Shown here one piece after another: positions 8,949 to 18,731 of a stretch of DNA of 64,000 bases. The first letter of the stretch is position 1. Each line of letters begins with the position of its first letter. The DNA is from Candidatus Hydrogenedentota bacterium (lineage in GTDB: Bacteria; Hydrogenedentota; Hydrogenedentia; Hydrogenedentales; SLHB01). The notes beneath the pieces were generated by a model that saw only the letters and a list, made by a program, of their open reading frames with translations, did no database searches and had not been told where the DNA came from. The position numbers were made by a program, and so were the translations under genes. Where the stretch lies: NCBI GenBank assembly GCA_045863335.1, contig BTVY01000032.1:20591-84590 (forward strand), in the 5' to 3' direction.

Positions 8949-11528
8949 GTGGCCGAGGAACCACGCGACGACATCGATAGTTACGAGGAAAAGAAGCCCG
9001 ATGGCATCTTGAATGAGAGCGACATCGCGGCGCCGGAAAGCACGGGGGATGAAGCGCTTGATCGACAGCTATCCCGGCCGGTGATAGAAGGCATGCAGGG
9101 CATCGATACCGCCCAGGTCTGGATCGCCGGTTTTCTTATCGTGGTGGCGGGACTCATTGCGTACTCCAACGCCTTCGGAATACCCTTTCACTATCTGGAC
9201 CAGCGGGTCATCGTCGATAACCCCCACGCCCACAGCGTGGCCACCGTTCCACAAGCTCTCGATGTAGAGCCGTCCTCGCCGTTGCCCATGCTGACCTACG
9301 CCGTCAACTGGGCCATCTCCGGCGACAGCCCTGTCCCGTTCCACATCGTCAATATCTTTCTACACGCGCTCAACGCGTTGATGGTTTACCTCATTTGCCG
9401 GCGCCTCATGCCGGAAGGAATCCCGGAACCAGTCTCCATGCTTGCGGGATTGTTCGTCGCGCTGAACCCGCTGACGACGGAGTCCGTGAACTACGCCGTT
9501 GGCCGGGCGGAATTGATGGCGGCATTCTTCACGCTGGCGGCGGTAGTTTTCTTCATGCGCGGTACATCGGCAGTGGAAAGACCACGGATCGGATCGATCG
9601 CTATGTCCCTACTGGCCATGATTGGCGCGTGGTACTGTAGCCCTGTCGCGCTGCTCATTCCTCTATTGGTGTTTGCAATCGATTGGGTGCAGCGCGGCAT
9701 AGGCGCGTTTCGCTGGCCCACCGTGCACGGAGCGTACTGGGCCCTTGCAGGTTTGCTTCTGGTGTCCTGGATTGCCTCGTTGAATGACCACGCGCAGTTT
9801 GACCAGTTGGTTGGCGACGCTCCTCAAGCCACCAACGCGGACCGCGCCTTGGCGTTCATGCGCGGCATAGAGAAGACACTAAGTCCCGTAGGGCTTACTC
9901 CCGATCACAATCTCCCGCCGCATGGGGCCCGCAGTTTCCTCGAGGACCAGACTGTCCATGTCGGTCTGTCGGTAATGAATGGCCTCGTGCTTGTGGTTGC
10001 GGCCATCGTGCTTGTTGGGTTCCGCTCGGTGACGGGTATTGCATTGCTCTGGTTTACCGCGGGACTTGTCGCCGCGACGTTCTCCTTTACCGCCGCCAAT
10101 CCCTTCTCGGAGCGGGCCCTGTACTTTCCGCTATGTGGAATCGTGCTGGTTGTCCCGTGGCTCGTTGCGAAAGCGTCCGCCCGACGGGCTACCCAAATCG
10201 CCGCAGTCAGCGCCGCGGTCGTGTTGCTCATCGCGGCCGGATCGGGAACCTACCTGAGAAACCGCGTGTGGCAGTCGCCTCAATCGCTGTGGGAAGATGC
10301 CGGTGCGAAGAATCCAAACAATCCCTTGCCGTTGGAACGCCTGGGGGAAGTCTTATTCGACCAGGCCACGCAGGCATACCAGGAATCGGCGCTTCTCGCA
10401 CAAGAAGGGCAAGGTCCGGCCGCTTCCGCGCGCCGGGAGGAATCGATGCAACTGTTCTCCCTGGCTGAGGAGACGTTGATTGCCGCTTCCGACGCGAATC
10501 CGGATAACCCGGCGACCCTCGATCGGCTCGGACAATGCGCAAGTTTCAGGGGGCGGGTCGAGATTGCGCAGGAGCGGTTTCGGCAAGCACTCTGGCTCGA
10601 CCCCGTCGACTTTGGGCACACGTCCCAGCTCGCCATGGCGCTCACCGCCAACGCCACTATCGCGGGGAACATGAGCGATCGATTGCTTGCCATTGATTAC
10701 TTTCGGCGGGCAGAAGAACTAGGTCCCCTTCCGCCAGAGATGCGCACGCAGTTCGCTGTGTTGTTGACCAGCATTGGAGACCTCGAAGCCGCTGAGGAAG
10801 AGTTGACCGCCGTGGTAGAAGCGAGTGAATATACGCCCGCGACGCAGCAATTGGAGGTTGTGCGGCGCACGCGGAACGTGCTTTCCGACGCCGACCGGCG
10901 GGCCCGGCAGATTCTCGACACCGACCCCTCCAGTGCGGACGGGCTCCGACTGCACGCCGAAGTACTGATGGGCCGAGGCATGCTGCTACAAGCATCGTAT
11001 GTATTGGCGCGTTTGCTCCGCCAGAATCCGGATGACCTGGATTCGTGGGTGTTACAGGGCGCGGTTCGCGCCATGGTGAACGACGAGCCACGATTCCTGT
11101 CAGAATGGCCGAAGGCGCCCGCTCCCGAACCAGGCGCCCCGTCGGGATGGGTGCAGCTCGCACAGCGTTGTGCCGCCGCCGGCCGTTGGACGGGTGCGCG
11201 AACCTACCTTGAAGCAGCGGCCGGCAGAGCGCCCGACGTATCCTTGCCCTTGGTCACACTTGCCGAGATCGCCCTGTCGATGAACCTGCCCGCCACGGCG
11301 ACCCCGTATTTGGAAGAGGCGGCAGAGACGTATCCCGACAGTCCGAGAGCATGGTTGCTTCTGGCTGACGTGGCGATCGGTAGTGAGAACTTCGCTGCGG
11401 CGCAGCGCTATCTGGACGAGGCGGAGAAGCGCGGCGCCTCCGCGTCGGAGTTGGAGCCGCGGCGCGCCCGGATCGGTGATGTCCCGGCACCGGACGAACC
11501 GGATGGATTTGAGACGATTCTGCGCTAG
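8949..11528 (+). CDS. TMTC-like GT-C fold membrane protein with C-terminal TPR repeats
   Basis: FHIVNIFLHALN, NPLTTESVNYAVGRAELM, SERALYFP and RNRVWQSPQSLWEDA motifs, about 11 TM helices, then TPR-like helical repeats. Confidence 0.8.
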   Translation: MAEEPRDDIDSYEEKKPDGILNESDIAAPESTGDEALDRQLSRPVIEGMQGIDTAQVWIAGFLIVVAGLIAYSNAFGIPFHYLDQRVIVDNPHAHSVATVPQALDVEPSSPLPMLTYAVNWAISGDSPVPFHIVNIFLHALNALMVYLICRRLMPEGIPEPVSMLAGLFVALNPLTTESVNYAVGRAELMAAFFTLAAVVFFMRGTSAVERPRIGSIAMSLLAMIGAWYCSPVALLIPLLVFAIDWVQRGIGAFRWPTVHGAYWALAGLLLVSWIASLNDHAQFDQLVGDAPQATNADRALAFMRGIEKTLSPVGLTPDHNLPPHGARSFLEDQTVHVGLSVMNGLVLVVAAIVLVGFRSVTGIALLWFTAGLVAATFSFTAANPFSERALYFPLCGIVLVVPWLVAKASARRATQIAAVSAAVVLLIAAGSGTYLRNRVWQSPQSLWEDAGAKNPNNPLPLERLGEVLFDQATQAYQESALLAQEGQGPAASARREESMQLFSLAEETLIAASDANPDNPATLDRLGQCASFRGRVEIAQERFRQALWLDPVDFGHTSQLAMALTANATIAGNMSDRLLAIDYFRRAEELGPLPPEMRTQFAVLLTSIGDLEAAEEELTAVVEASEYTPATQQLEVVRRTRNVLSDADRRARQILDTDPSSADGLRLHAEVLMGRGMLLQASYVLARLLRQNPDDLDSWVLQGAVRAMVNDEPRFLSEWPKAPAPEPGAPSGWVQLAQRCAAAGRWTGARTYLEAAAGRAPDVSLPLVTLAEIALSMNLPATATPYLEEAAETYPDSPRAWLLLADVAIGSENFAAAQRYLDEAEKRGASASELEPRRARIGDVPAPDEPDGFETILR

Positions 11529-11587
11529 CCATGGCCGGTTGAGTGGACGCTTGCCGCCAAGGCGCGAATCGAGTAGGTGACAATGCT

Positions 11588-12277
11588 ATGGATTCTTCTT
11601 CCGACATCCTGTTGTATTGTGGAAAGTTCGCCCTGGCGATCGTTCTTTCCGGCGCCCTGGGTCTTGAACGCGAGCGCAAGGGCCGTGCGGCCGGGTTGCG
11701 GACGCATGTGGTTGTCTGTTTAGGGGCGACCTTGGCCATGATCGTTTCCGACATCTTGGCCGCTGAATGGAATCGTTCCGGCGCGCCCATCTGGCTGGAC
11801 CGGGGACGTATCGCCGCGGGGGTGGTGACCGGCATCGGGTTCATCGGCGCCGGCACGATCATTAACGTGGGTAGCATTCACCGCGGCCTTACAACTGCTG
11901 CCATGCTGTGGTTTGTCGCCGTGCTCGGCCTTGCCATCGGCGTGGGCTACTACACGCTGGCGGTCATCTCCACCGCCTTCACGCTTCTGTCGGTCCTGCT
12001 GCTGGAACGCATCGGTGGACTGTTACCCGCTCAGGTTCAGTATGCGCTGAGTGTTCGCGTCGCGGGCGGCAGCCGGCGGATTACCGATTTGGAAAAATTC
12101 ATTGAGCAACAGGGCTACATCGTCATGGCGGCGCGATTGCGCGTCAGCGAAGAAGAGGGAAAGCGCGCGGATATGACCTTCGATATTCTCTCCCGGAACA
12201 AACAATCCATCGAGGAACTAATCGAACGGATTCAGCACGAGTTTCCCGAGACGAAACGCATCACGATCGAACGTTGA
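11588..12277 (+). CDS. MgtC/SapB family membrane protein with C-terminal ACT-like domain
   Basis: GLERERKGRAAGLRTH, RIAAGVVTGIGFIGAGTI, GLTTAAMLW. Confidence 0.92.
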   Translation: MDSSSDILLYCGKFALAIVLSGALGLERERKGRAAGLRTHVVVCLGATLAMIVSDILAAEWNRSGAPIWLDRGRIAAGVVTGIGFIGAGTIINVGSIHRGLTTAAMLWFVAVLGLAIGVGYYTLAVISTAFTLLSVLLLERIGGLLPAQVQYALSVRVAGGSRRITDLEKFIEQQGYIVMAARLRVSEEEGKRADMTFDILSRNKQSIEELIERIQHEFPETKRITIER

Positions 12278-12312
12278 GCGATCTGTTCATCCGCCTTTAG
12301 CAGGAGCATTTT

Positions 12313-13452
12313 ATGATTTCATTCGCTGCACTTTTGATGGTGATGTCCGTCAACACCGGCGCGGAGCTATCCTACCTTGAGCGGACTGCGAACGCAGTGG
12401 ATGCGTGCAGGCAGCAGATCCCCGCCATGCAATCGCCCGCCGATAGTGCGGCAAAACGATTGGCAGAGGGCGGGGCACTTTGGGCGGCGGGCCATTCAGC
12501 CTGGGTAAGCGAGCTGTCGGGGCGCGCAGGCGGCATGATGCTTATCAAGAATCTCGGCGACGCAACACCTGCGGCCGGTGATGTGGTCTTGTTCGCGCAG
12601 GTTGAGGGGGTGGAGCTTCCCGCCTCCGTTCTGGAATCCGGTGCCTTCATCGTCGGATTCGGCGCGCGACGTCCCAACGATTCCATGCCGTGGTTCGCAA
12701 ACCCTGCGGCGGATGCGGAAATCTCGCCAACCTTAGGCAACGTCATTCCCGGATGGATATTCACTGCGGAGCTCGTGTCCGCCTTGACCCGCCTGGGCAA
12801 GATGCCGGTCATGTACGAGACCATTGGTCTCCCGGGCGGATATCCCCGGATATATAAGTTTCAGCGCGAGGGGATCTTCTGGCACGAACCGCATGACGTC
12901 AAACCCATCGATGCCAGCGCCCTCGGCAATCAGTACGCAGACGCGGTCAACGGCATCCTGCGCAGGGCAAATGTCGAGAATCGGCGCAACTTCGCTACGG
13001 CGGGTACGTGGGCGGCGGAAGCCTTGAGCGGTGGTCATCAGGTCTTCATGTACTGCATGGGACATTTCGTTCCGGACGAGGTCGGCAAGACCGTGATTGG
13101 CGAAGACTTCACGGCTGGAGTTTGGAACTCTGGGTTCACGAATCTACAGCCGCCCAGTGGCGCCTATAACAAAGGCGATGTGCTGATCCATATCGGGTAT
13201 CAACACCCGCCTCGCGGGCTACTGGATGCGGGACGCGCAGCGAATGCGCGGGTCTTGTACGTCGATATTCTTCGCGACCGCGACTTCGTGGACGATTCGG
13301 GCGTGATCTGGATCGACCCCATGTGGTCCTGGCCAGACGCTTGTGTGACGGTGGAGGGGTACGACATTCCCATTCTGCCTCCATCAGGCATCGTGAACAG
13401 CGCAATCGCGTGGGAGATTCACCGCATTACCCGAGAAAACTTGGCCCCCTAA
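12313..13452 (+). CDS. Hypothetical exported protein, possibly tandem SIS-like domains
   Basis: AGGAG RBS, signal peptide, alpha/beta pattern repeated twice (AAKRLAEGGALWAAGH / AAEALSGGHQVFMYCMGH). Confidence 0.55.
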   Translation: MISFAALLMVMSVNTGAELSYLERTANAVDACRQQIPAMQSPADSAAKRLAEGGALWAAGHSAWVSELSGRAGGMMLIKNLGDATPAAGDVVLFAQVEGVELPASVLESGAFIVGFGARRPNDSMPWFANPAADAEISPTLGNVIPGWIFTAELVSALTRLGKMPVMYETIGLPGGYPRIYKFQREGIFWHEPHDVKPIDASALGNQYADAVNGILRRANVENRRNFATAGTWAAEALSGGHQVFMYCMGHFVPDEVGKTVIGEDFTAGVWNSGFTNLQPPSGAYNKGDVLIHIGYQHPPRGLLDAGRAANARVLYVDILRDRDFVDDSGVIWIDPMWSWPDACVTVEGYDIPILPPSGIVNSAIAWEIHRITRENLAP

Positions 13453-15836
13453 AACTCGACAGTCCACTCCACCGGCCCTTCGACGTCGCACGTGAACTGC
13501 ATGACCAGGACGCGCTCATCCATTCGCGTCGTTGGCTGCCTGCTAGACACGGTGCAACGCTTCATCGCAAAGGGTTCCGGTACCAGTACGCGCAACGAGT
13601 ACGGTGTATCCGCCACTCCTTCAAATGACCCTCGCAAGGTCCGCGACGTTTCATCCCATTCGAGCGCGCGAAAGTCTGTCGCGCCCTGGGAATAGTGCCG
13701 GTCCGTGGCAAGGAACATGGGACGATCTTCGTAGGGGCGCAGCCCCAGCAATCGCACACTACCCGCAGGCACCGATACGGATAACTGGTTCGACGCGGTC
13801 CCGTAGTAGGTTTCTTCCCAGAACCCGTACACGGTGTAGTACCGGTCGCGCGCCAGACCGAGATCGTCGAAGTTCACGTCGATGGTTTGCGCCGCCGATT
13901 CGTCCCAATTGAACAGGCCAACGATAGCCCACTCGCCAATCTCGTTGTGAATCGGTAACGACCAGATTCGGGGATTCTCGCTGGTGAACAGATCGACCGG
14001 GCGCGCGGGGCGGTGCAGCGTGGGGAGGAGGCGCCGCAGCACGTCGACCTGGTCATCGCCAAGTTCGGTGAACTGGTTGCCGACTTTTATGGCTCCACCG
14101 GTCAAGGCCGCCCCCGTGAGCCACGCAATACTCTGATCTCGGGTCAACGCCGGCTGATCCGTTACGTCCCAGCGATCTCGCGTCGAAGCCACGTTGAAGA
14201 ACGCGCAGTCCTGATCCGGGCTCCACATCCAGGGCGTGAAATAGTAGCGCCTTGCCGCATTGGTGAGCGTGTCGACACAGCCCCATGCCCAATGCCCGGG
14301 TGTCTTACGCCAGACGGGGGCGCAGTCGATGCCGAGCCTCATGCCTTGGGCGAACGTCCCGTTGATCGGCAGCGGGGCCGTGGTCATCACGAATTTGCGG
14401 TCGCCCAGCCCTTCTCGAATCGCTTCCATTCCCAGTCGCATGATTTCCACACGGGTCATGTCGGTGTTGGAGTACGTATCCGCAAGTGTCAGGTAGTACG
14501 GAAAATCCACTTCGACCAACGCATCAAATCCCCACTCATTCCCGATTTTTCTCGCCGTATCCCGCACAAACTCGTAGGCACCCGGCGCGGTTATGTCGAG
14601 AATTCGCTCTTCTTCGCCCACCACCATGCGGCCCACCGCATTGGGCGACGCCAGCCATTCCGGATGCGCTTTGGCAAGCTGGGAATCAAGGTCCACTTTG
14701 AATGGCGCTATCCAGAGTCCCGCCGTCATTCCTTTGTCATGGATGCGGTCGGCCATCGCCTTCATTCCGCTTGGAAACCGTTCGAGATTGGGTTCCCAGT
14801 CGCCATTGGCGATCTGCCAGCCATCGTCGATTGCGAAGTGATCCCATCCGTAACGCCGAAGATGCGCGCTCAAGAACTCCAGATTCGCCAGCATCCGTTC
14901 TTCATCGATGTCTGTTCGGAACGACGTGCTCCACGAATCCCACCCATGGGGAATGGGTGGTTTGGCGGGATCGACGTTATTCGCCAGGGCCATGGCCTTG
15001 CCGAATCGCTCCAACCCTTCCAACGGATTGGTTTCCGTTACGGCGAGGTACAGCGGCTCCGACACCAGCGTTTCGCCCGGTGCGACGACCGCGGGTGGAT
15101 CATAGATGCACTGCGCCGTGAACGACTCGAAGCGGTCCACTTCGCCCTCGACGCTACTGACCGGACTGGCCAGTTCGATCTGCGTGTAGGCGCTGTTGTG
15201 GCTCAGGAATCCCGCAATAAGCGATCGGCCCGTTACCGGATTGTGCGTAGCCAGGTTCCACATGGCGGTTACCGGTCCCTGCACGAGTCCCGGCATGGTC
15301 GTGTCGCCCGGGAACTGCTTGCCGCCTTCGAGCGTCGTGCTGTCCGGCGTCTTGATGCCGAGAGAAAACCCATCCAACGCGTTCTTCCCGAATCCGCCTG
15401 TGTTCCCGGTAGCCCAGGGGATCAACGCGCGAACGCGTACCGGTTCCTTCGTCGTGTTGGTATACGCCAGTTGGACGGTGAAATAGGGTTCCGTAGGATA
15501 GACCCGATGGCTCCACTTGCACTCCTTGTAGTCCATGACCACGCCCTGGCCCTTGCCCAACCGGTCGTTCACTTCCTCTCGTGCGGTATGGCGGCCATCG
15601 GTCCGCATGGGCTCCGGAGCGGTCTCGCCGTCAAACCAGACCATGGGGTAGACGTTCATGAACACCGGATCGCCCGTGGGCAGCGTAACGTCAATGCGCC
15701 CATTCTTCTGAATGCCGACCTCGTACGAGGCCGCGGTCGTGGTGCGGTACTCCTGGGCGGGCCGGTAGAGCGGCGCCGCAAGGCCGGAACTCGACAGAAC
15801 AAACAGTGCGAGCGCTCCGGCTCTATACTTCATCAT
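13449..15836 (-). CDS. Secreted alpha-galactosidase-like glycoside hydrolase (clan GH-D, GH36/GH27)
   Basis: Signal peptide; GWDSWS, IDDGWQ, RFPSGMKAMADRIHDKGMTAGLWIAPF, ILDITAPGA, MRLGID. Confidence 0.85.
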   Translation of the reverse strand: MMKYRAGALALFVLSSSGLAAPLYRPAQEYRTTTAASYEVGIQKNGRIDVTLPTGDPVFMNVYPMVWFDGETAPEPMRTDGRHTAREEVNDRLGKGQGVVMDYKECKWSHRVYPTEPYFTVQLAYTNTTKEPVRVRALIPWATGNTGGFGKNALDGFSLGIKTPDSTTLEGGKQFPGDTTMPGLVQGPVTAMWNLATHNPVTGRSLIAGFLSHNSAYTQIELASPVSSVEGEVDRFESFTAQCIYDPPAVVAPGETLVSEPLYLAVTETNPLEGLERFGKAMALANNVDPAKPPIPHGWDSWSTSFRTDIDEERMLANLEFLSAHLRRYGWDHFAIDDGWQIANGDWEPNLERFPSGMKAMADRIHDKGMTAGLWIAPFKVDLDSQLAKAHPEWLASPNAVGRMVVGEEERILDITAPGAYEFVRDTARKIGNEWGFDALVEVDFPYYLTLADTYSNTDMTRVEIMRLGMEAIREGLGDRKFVMTTAPLPINGTFAQGMRLGIDCAPVWRKTPGHWAWGCVDTLTNAARRYYFTPWMWSPDQDCAFFNVASTRDRWDVTDQPALTRDQSIAWLTGAALTGGAIKVGNQFTELGDDQVDVLRRLLPTLHRPARPVDLFTSENPRIWSLPIHNEIGEWAIVGLFNWDESAAQTIDVNFDDLGLARDRYYTVYGFWEETYYGTASNQLSVSVPAGSVRLLGLRPYEDRPMFLATDRHYSQGATDFRALEWDETSRTLRGSFEGVADTPYSLRVLVPEPFAMKRCTVSSRQPTTRMDERVLVMQFTCDVEGPVEWTVEF

Positions 15837-16020
15837 TGGAATCTACTCCTGCTGGTGGCCCGGCTCTAAGCGAGGATAATTCGGACCCGAGTCTATTCTC
15901 CCCGGCATTCGGCTTCAATGTATCCATCCTCATTAGGGCTCCATAGTTGCTGCGAATACCGATTTTGAGGTACGCTCTGGTTTCTCCCAAACCACCGTCT
16001 TTGAATCAAGGGAAACCGGT

Positions 16021-16320
16021 ATGCTCGTACACAGCGTCTACTTTTGGCTGCGGGACAACTTGTCAGACGACGAACGCGCGGCGTTTCGCCAAGGAGTGGA
16101 ATCCTTGCGCGCCATCGAAACCGTCAAGGAAATGCACGTGGGTACCCCAGCGGCAACGCCGGACCGCCCGGTGCTGGATCGGAGCTATGACCTGGCGCTC
16201 ACCGTGGTACTGGACGACATTCCCGGCCACGATATTTACCAGGACCACGAAATCCATCACGCCTTTGTGGAGAACTTCTCCACGTACTGGACGCGGGTTC
16301 AAATCTACGACGCGGACTGA
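16021..16320 (+). CDS. Dabb family stress-responsive A/B barrel protein
   Basis: MLVHSVYFWL...DRSYDLALTVV...YQDHEIHHAFV. Confidence 0.88.
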   Translation: MLVHSVYFWLRDNLSDDERAAFRQGVESLRAIETVKEMHVGTPAATPDRPVLDRSYDLALTVVLDDIPGHDIYQDHEIHHAFVENFSTYWTRVQIYDAD

Positions 16321-16321
16321 T

Positions 16322-16828
16322 TTACTCCGGAAGCTTGGAAAGCATTCCAATCTGGCCGCGATGATACGAATCGTGGGATACCATGATGCTTAACGAACGG
16401 CCGATACTGCTGAAGAAACCGCGCAGTTGATCCGGCACCTCGCCCGGCAGCGGGTTGGGCAAGTTTTCGTCGGATAGTTTGCCTATGCCCTCGATCCCAG
16501 TCGTCATGACCAGCCTGTATAGCGACACCACCTCGTCCCATTCCGGATAGTCTTCCGCTTTGCCTGTGATCGGGAGACCGCCCGCGAAGTCCGGCGCAAA
16601 CCTGCGGCCAAACCCTTTTGGCATATCCAGCCGCTCGCCAAGGGTCCAACGAACCACGACGGTGTTGACCGTGTTGGTGAGATGCCCGATCAGCCACATG
16701 GGGTGCGCTTTGCCATCCAGCAATTGCTTGAGCCGGTGCGACTCCGGAACGTTCTCCGCGATGCGCAAGGTTTCATCCCGGCAAAACGTCAATTGCACTT
16801 GAAGTAAGTTGATTTGTGTACCCGCCAT
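16322..16828 (-). CDS. DinB/DUF664 family protein
   Basis: HPMWLIGHL and HDSYHRGQI His motifs. Confidence 0.85.
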   Translation of the reverse strand: MAGTQINLLQVQLTFCRDETLRIAENVPESHRLKQLLDGKAHPMWLIGHLTNTVNTVVVRWTLGERLDMPKGFGRRFAPDFAGGLPITGKAEDYPEWDEVVSLYRLVMTTGIEGIGKLSDENLPNPLPGEVPDQLRGFFSSIGRSLSIMVSHDSYHRGQIGMLSKLPE

Positions 16829-16887
16829 TCCGGTTCTCTCCTTGTGTTTCGCTGACTAAACTGCGCCCCAGCAGGTGAGGCCGATGT

Positions 16888-17577
16888 TTGCTCGGTGCTT
16901 GTGGTTCAGGCATAATCCCCGCTTCCTGGGTCGAGGCAGTCATCCACGTGGTCACACCTACAGAAACGCTCTCCGCGGAACTCCGCGCGTTGCTCGCCAA
17001 AGCCGACGCCGAAGAAGTGCGTCTCGGAGAGATCCTGGAGCCGTTTCCGGTGCGTGGCCACGCGTTAATGATCGTATTGTTCAGTTTTCCGTTGAGTCTA
17101 CCCATTGCGCCCCCGTTTCTCGGAGGCCCCTTTGGTCTGGTCCTTGCGTTACTCGGCCTCTATTTGGCCCTCGGCAAGAAGCCATGGTTGCCTCGGTTCC
17201 TGCGCGAACGCAGCATCTCCTCGCAACGCTTCCACGGCATCCTTCGCCGATTGATTGGCGTCGCCAAAATGCTCGAAAGCTTCCTCCGGCCGAGAATACT
17301 TGTGTTGACGAACATGCTCTGGCTTCGCCGGTGCCATGCCATATACATACTTCTGTTGGCACTCCTGTTGGCCTTGCCCGTACCGCTGCCGGTGCCGTTC
17401 AGCAATACCGTCGTCGCCCTGCCCATCTTCATCACGGGCCTCGGCCTCCTGGAGCGTGACGGATTATTCGTGCTGCTCGGCTATATCGCGGCGCTGCCCT
17501 GTATTGCATACTACGGCGGCATCCTCTGGCTGGGCCAGGAAGGTGTGGAACTTTTCTTGCATCATTACGGTCTCTAG
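16888..17577 (+). CDS. ExoD family (exopolysaccharide synthesis) membrane protein
   Basis: KPWLPRFLRERSI, LPVPFSNTVVALPI, GLLERDGLF. The true start is probably somewhat downstream. Confidence 0.85.
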   Translation: MLGACGSGIIPASWVEAVIHVVTPTETLSAELRALLAKADAEEVRLGEILEPFPVRGHALMIVLFSFPLSLPIAPPFLGGPFGLVLALLGLYLALGKKPWLPRFLRERSISSQRFHGILRRLIGVAKMLESFLRPRILVLTNMLWLRRCHAIYILLLALLLALPVPLPVPFSNTVVALPIFITGLGLLERDGLFVLLGYIAALPCIAYYGGILWLGQEGVELFLHHYGL

Positions 17578-17580
17578 GGC

Positions 17581-18495
17581 CTACGCATCGTCCGCATCGA
17601 TGATCTCGGCGGTCATCTGTTCCACCTCTACCGCCGACATACCCCGGGCGCGCTGCAACCGATCCAGGCGCTTTTGAAACTGTCCCATGGCAAAGGCGGC
17701 GAAGGTCTCCTCCGACTCCCCGAACGGAGGCTCCTCATACCGCGTGAACGTCTCGTGAATCAGCCCCATGACCTTAGGCAGCAACTCGTTCATTGTCTCC
17801 TGCACGACATCCCACATGCCCGGATCCTCCGACATGAGCCGCGACAGCAGATAAATGCCATATGCGAGATGCCGGGCCTCGTCGCGCTTGACCAGCGACA
17901 CGCCTTTGCGCGTGCCCGGCAGGATGCCCTTCTTGTCCAGCGCCAGAAAATAAGCATGGTAGCCCGTCTCGGCAATGATGCCTTCGACCACGAGATTGTA
18001 GGTCGCGGACGCGCGCGCCAAGGCCGCGTGTGACGTATCGGTCTTGAGGGCCTCCATCGCCGCCGGCAGGGCCTCGTAAAAGATCGCGCGATAATTCTCC
18101 TGATGGTAATGCGACAGGTCACAGTCTTGTCCCGCAACTTCCGTTACGAAGCGCGCGAAAAAGTCCGTGTGTTTCGCTTCCTCCCAAAGGAAGGCCGTGA
18201 GATAGATTTCCTCCTCCACCCGTCCATCCTGGGCGATCGTATGAATCAGCGGCAGCAGATCCAGTGTCACCGCTTCCTCGCCGCCCACGAACAGCGCCGT
18301 GAGCATGAGGATTGCGTCGCGTTCCACCTCGGTCAGATTCGGCCAGTCCTTGCGATCCTGGGTGAAGTCAAGCTCGCTCGGGTTCCAGATTCCCAGCCGC
18401 TTCGATTTCTCAAACAGGATCATGGGCGGGCTCGAACGGCGAAGGCCATGGGTCGTGGTTACAAAGCTGTTGTGCGGCAACGCGGACACCTCCAT
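17581..18495 (-). CDS. R2-like ligand-binding oxidase (R2lox, Mn/Fe ferritin-like)
   Basis: LFEKSKRLGIWNP, GEEAVTLDLLPL, WEEAKH, TYNLVVEG, AETGY, DEARHLAYG. Start placed at MEVSALPH. Confidence 0.92.
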   Translation of the reverse strand: MEVSALPHNSFVTTTHGLRRSSPPMILFEKSKRLGIWNPSELDFTQDRKDWPNLTEVERDAILMLTALFVGGEEAVTLDLLPLIHTIAQDGRVEEEIYLTAFLWEEAKHTDFFARFVTEVAGQDCDLSHYHQENYRAIFYEALPAAMEALKTDTSHAALARASATYNLVVEGIIAETGYHAYFLALDKKGILPGTRKGVSLVKRDEARHLAYGIYLLSRLMSEDPGMWDVVQETMNELLPKVMGLIHETFTRYEEPPFGESEETFAAFAMGQFQKRLDRLQRARGMSAVEVEQMTAEIIDADDA

Positions 18496-18731
18496 GCGTT
18501 GGATCGCCCAAGTTTCCCTGGGCGATACCTTCCCGAAGAGCAACACCTGTAACCGTGCGAAATCCACATCTTGCAGCCCGACTATTATGCGCAGCCCATT
18601 GAGATGATTCCAACTGTTCGCTCGTCGAACCGCGGCAGCCTGGTTTGCTGCGGAAAACGAACGAGTTGATCGCTCAATCATCGCCATGGAAAATGAGGGC
18701 CTACCACCTGAAAGAAAGGATTGGCGCGCAC

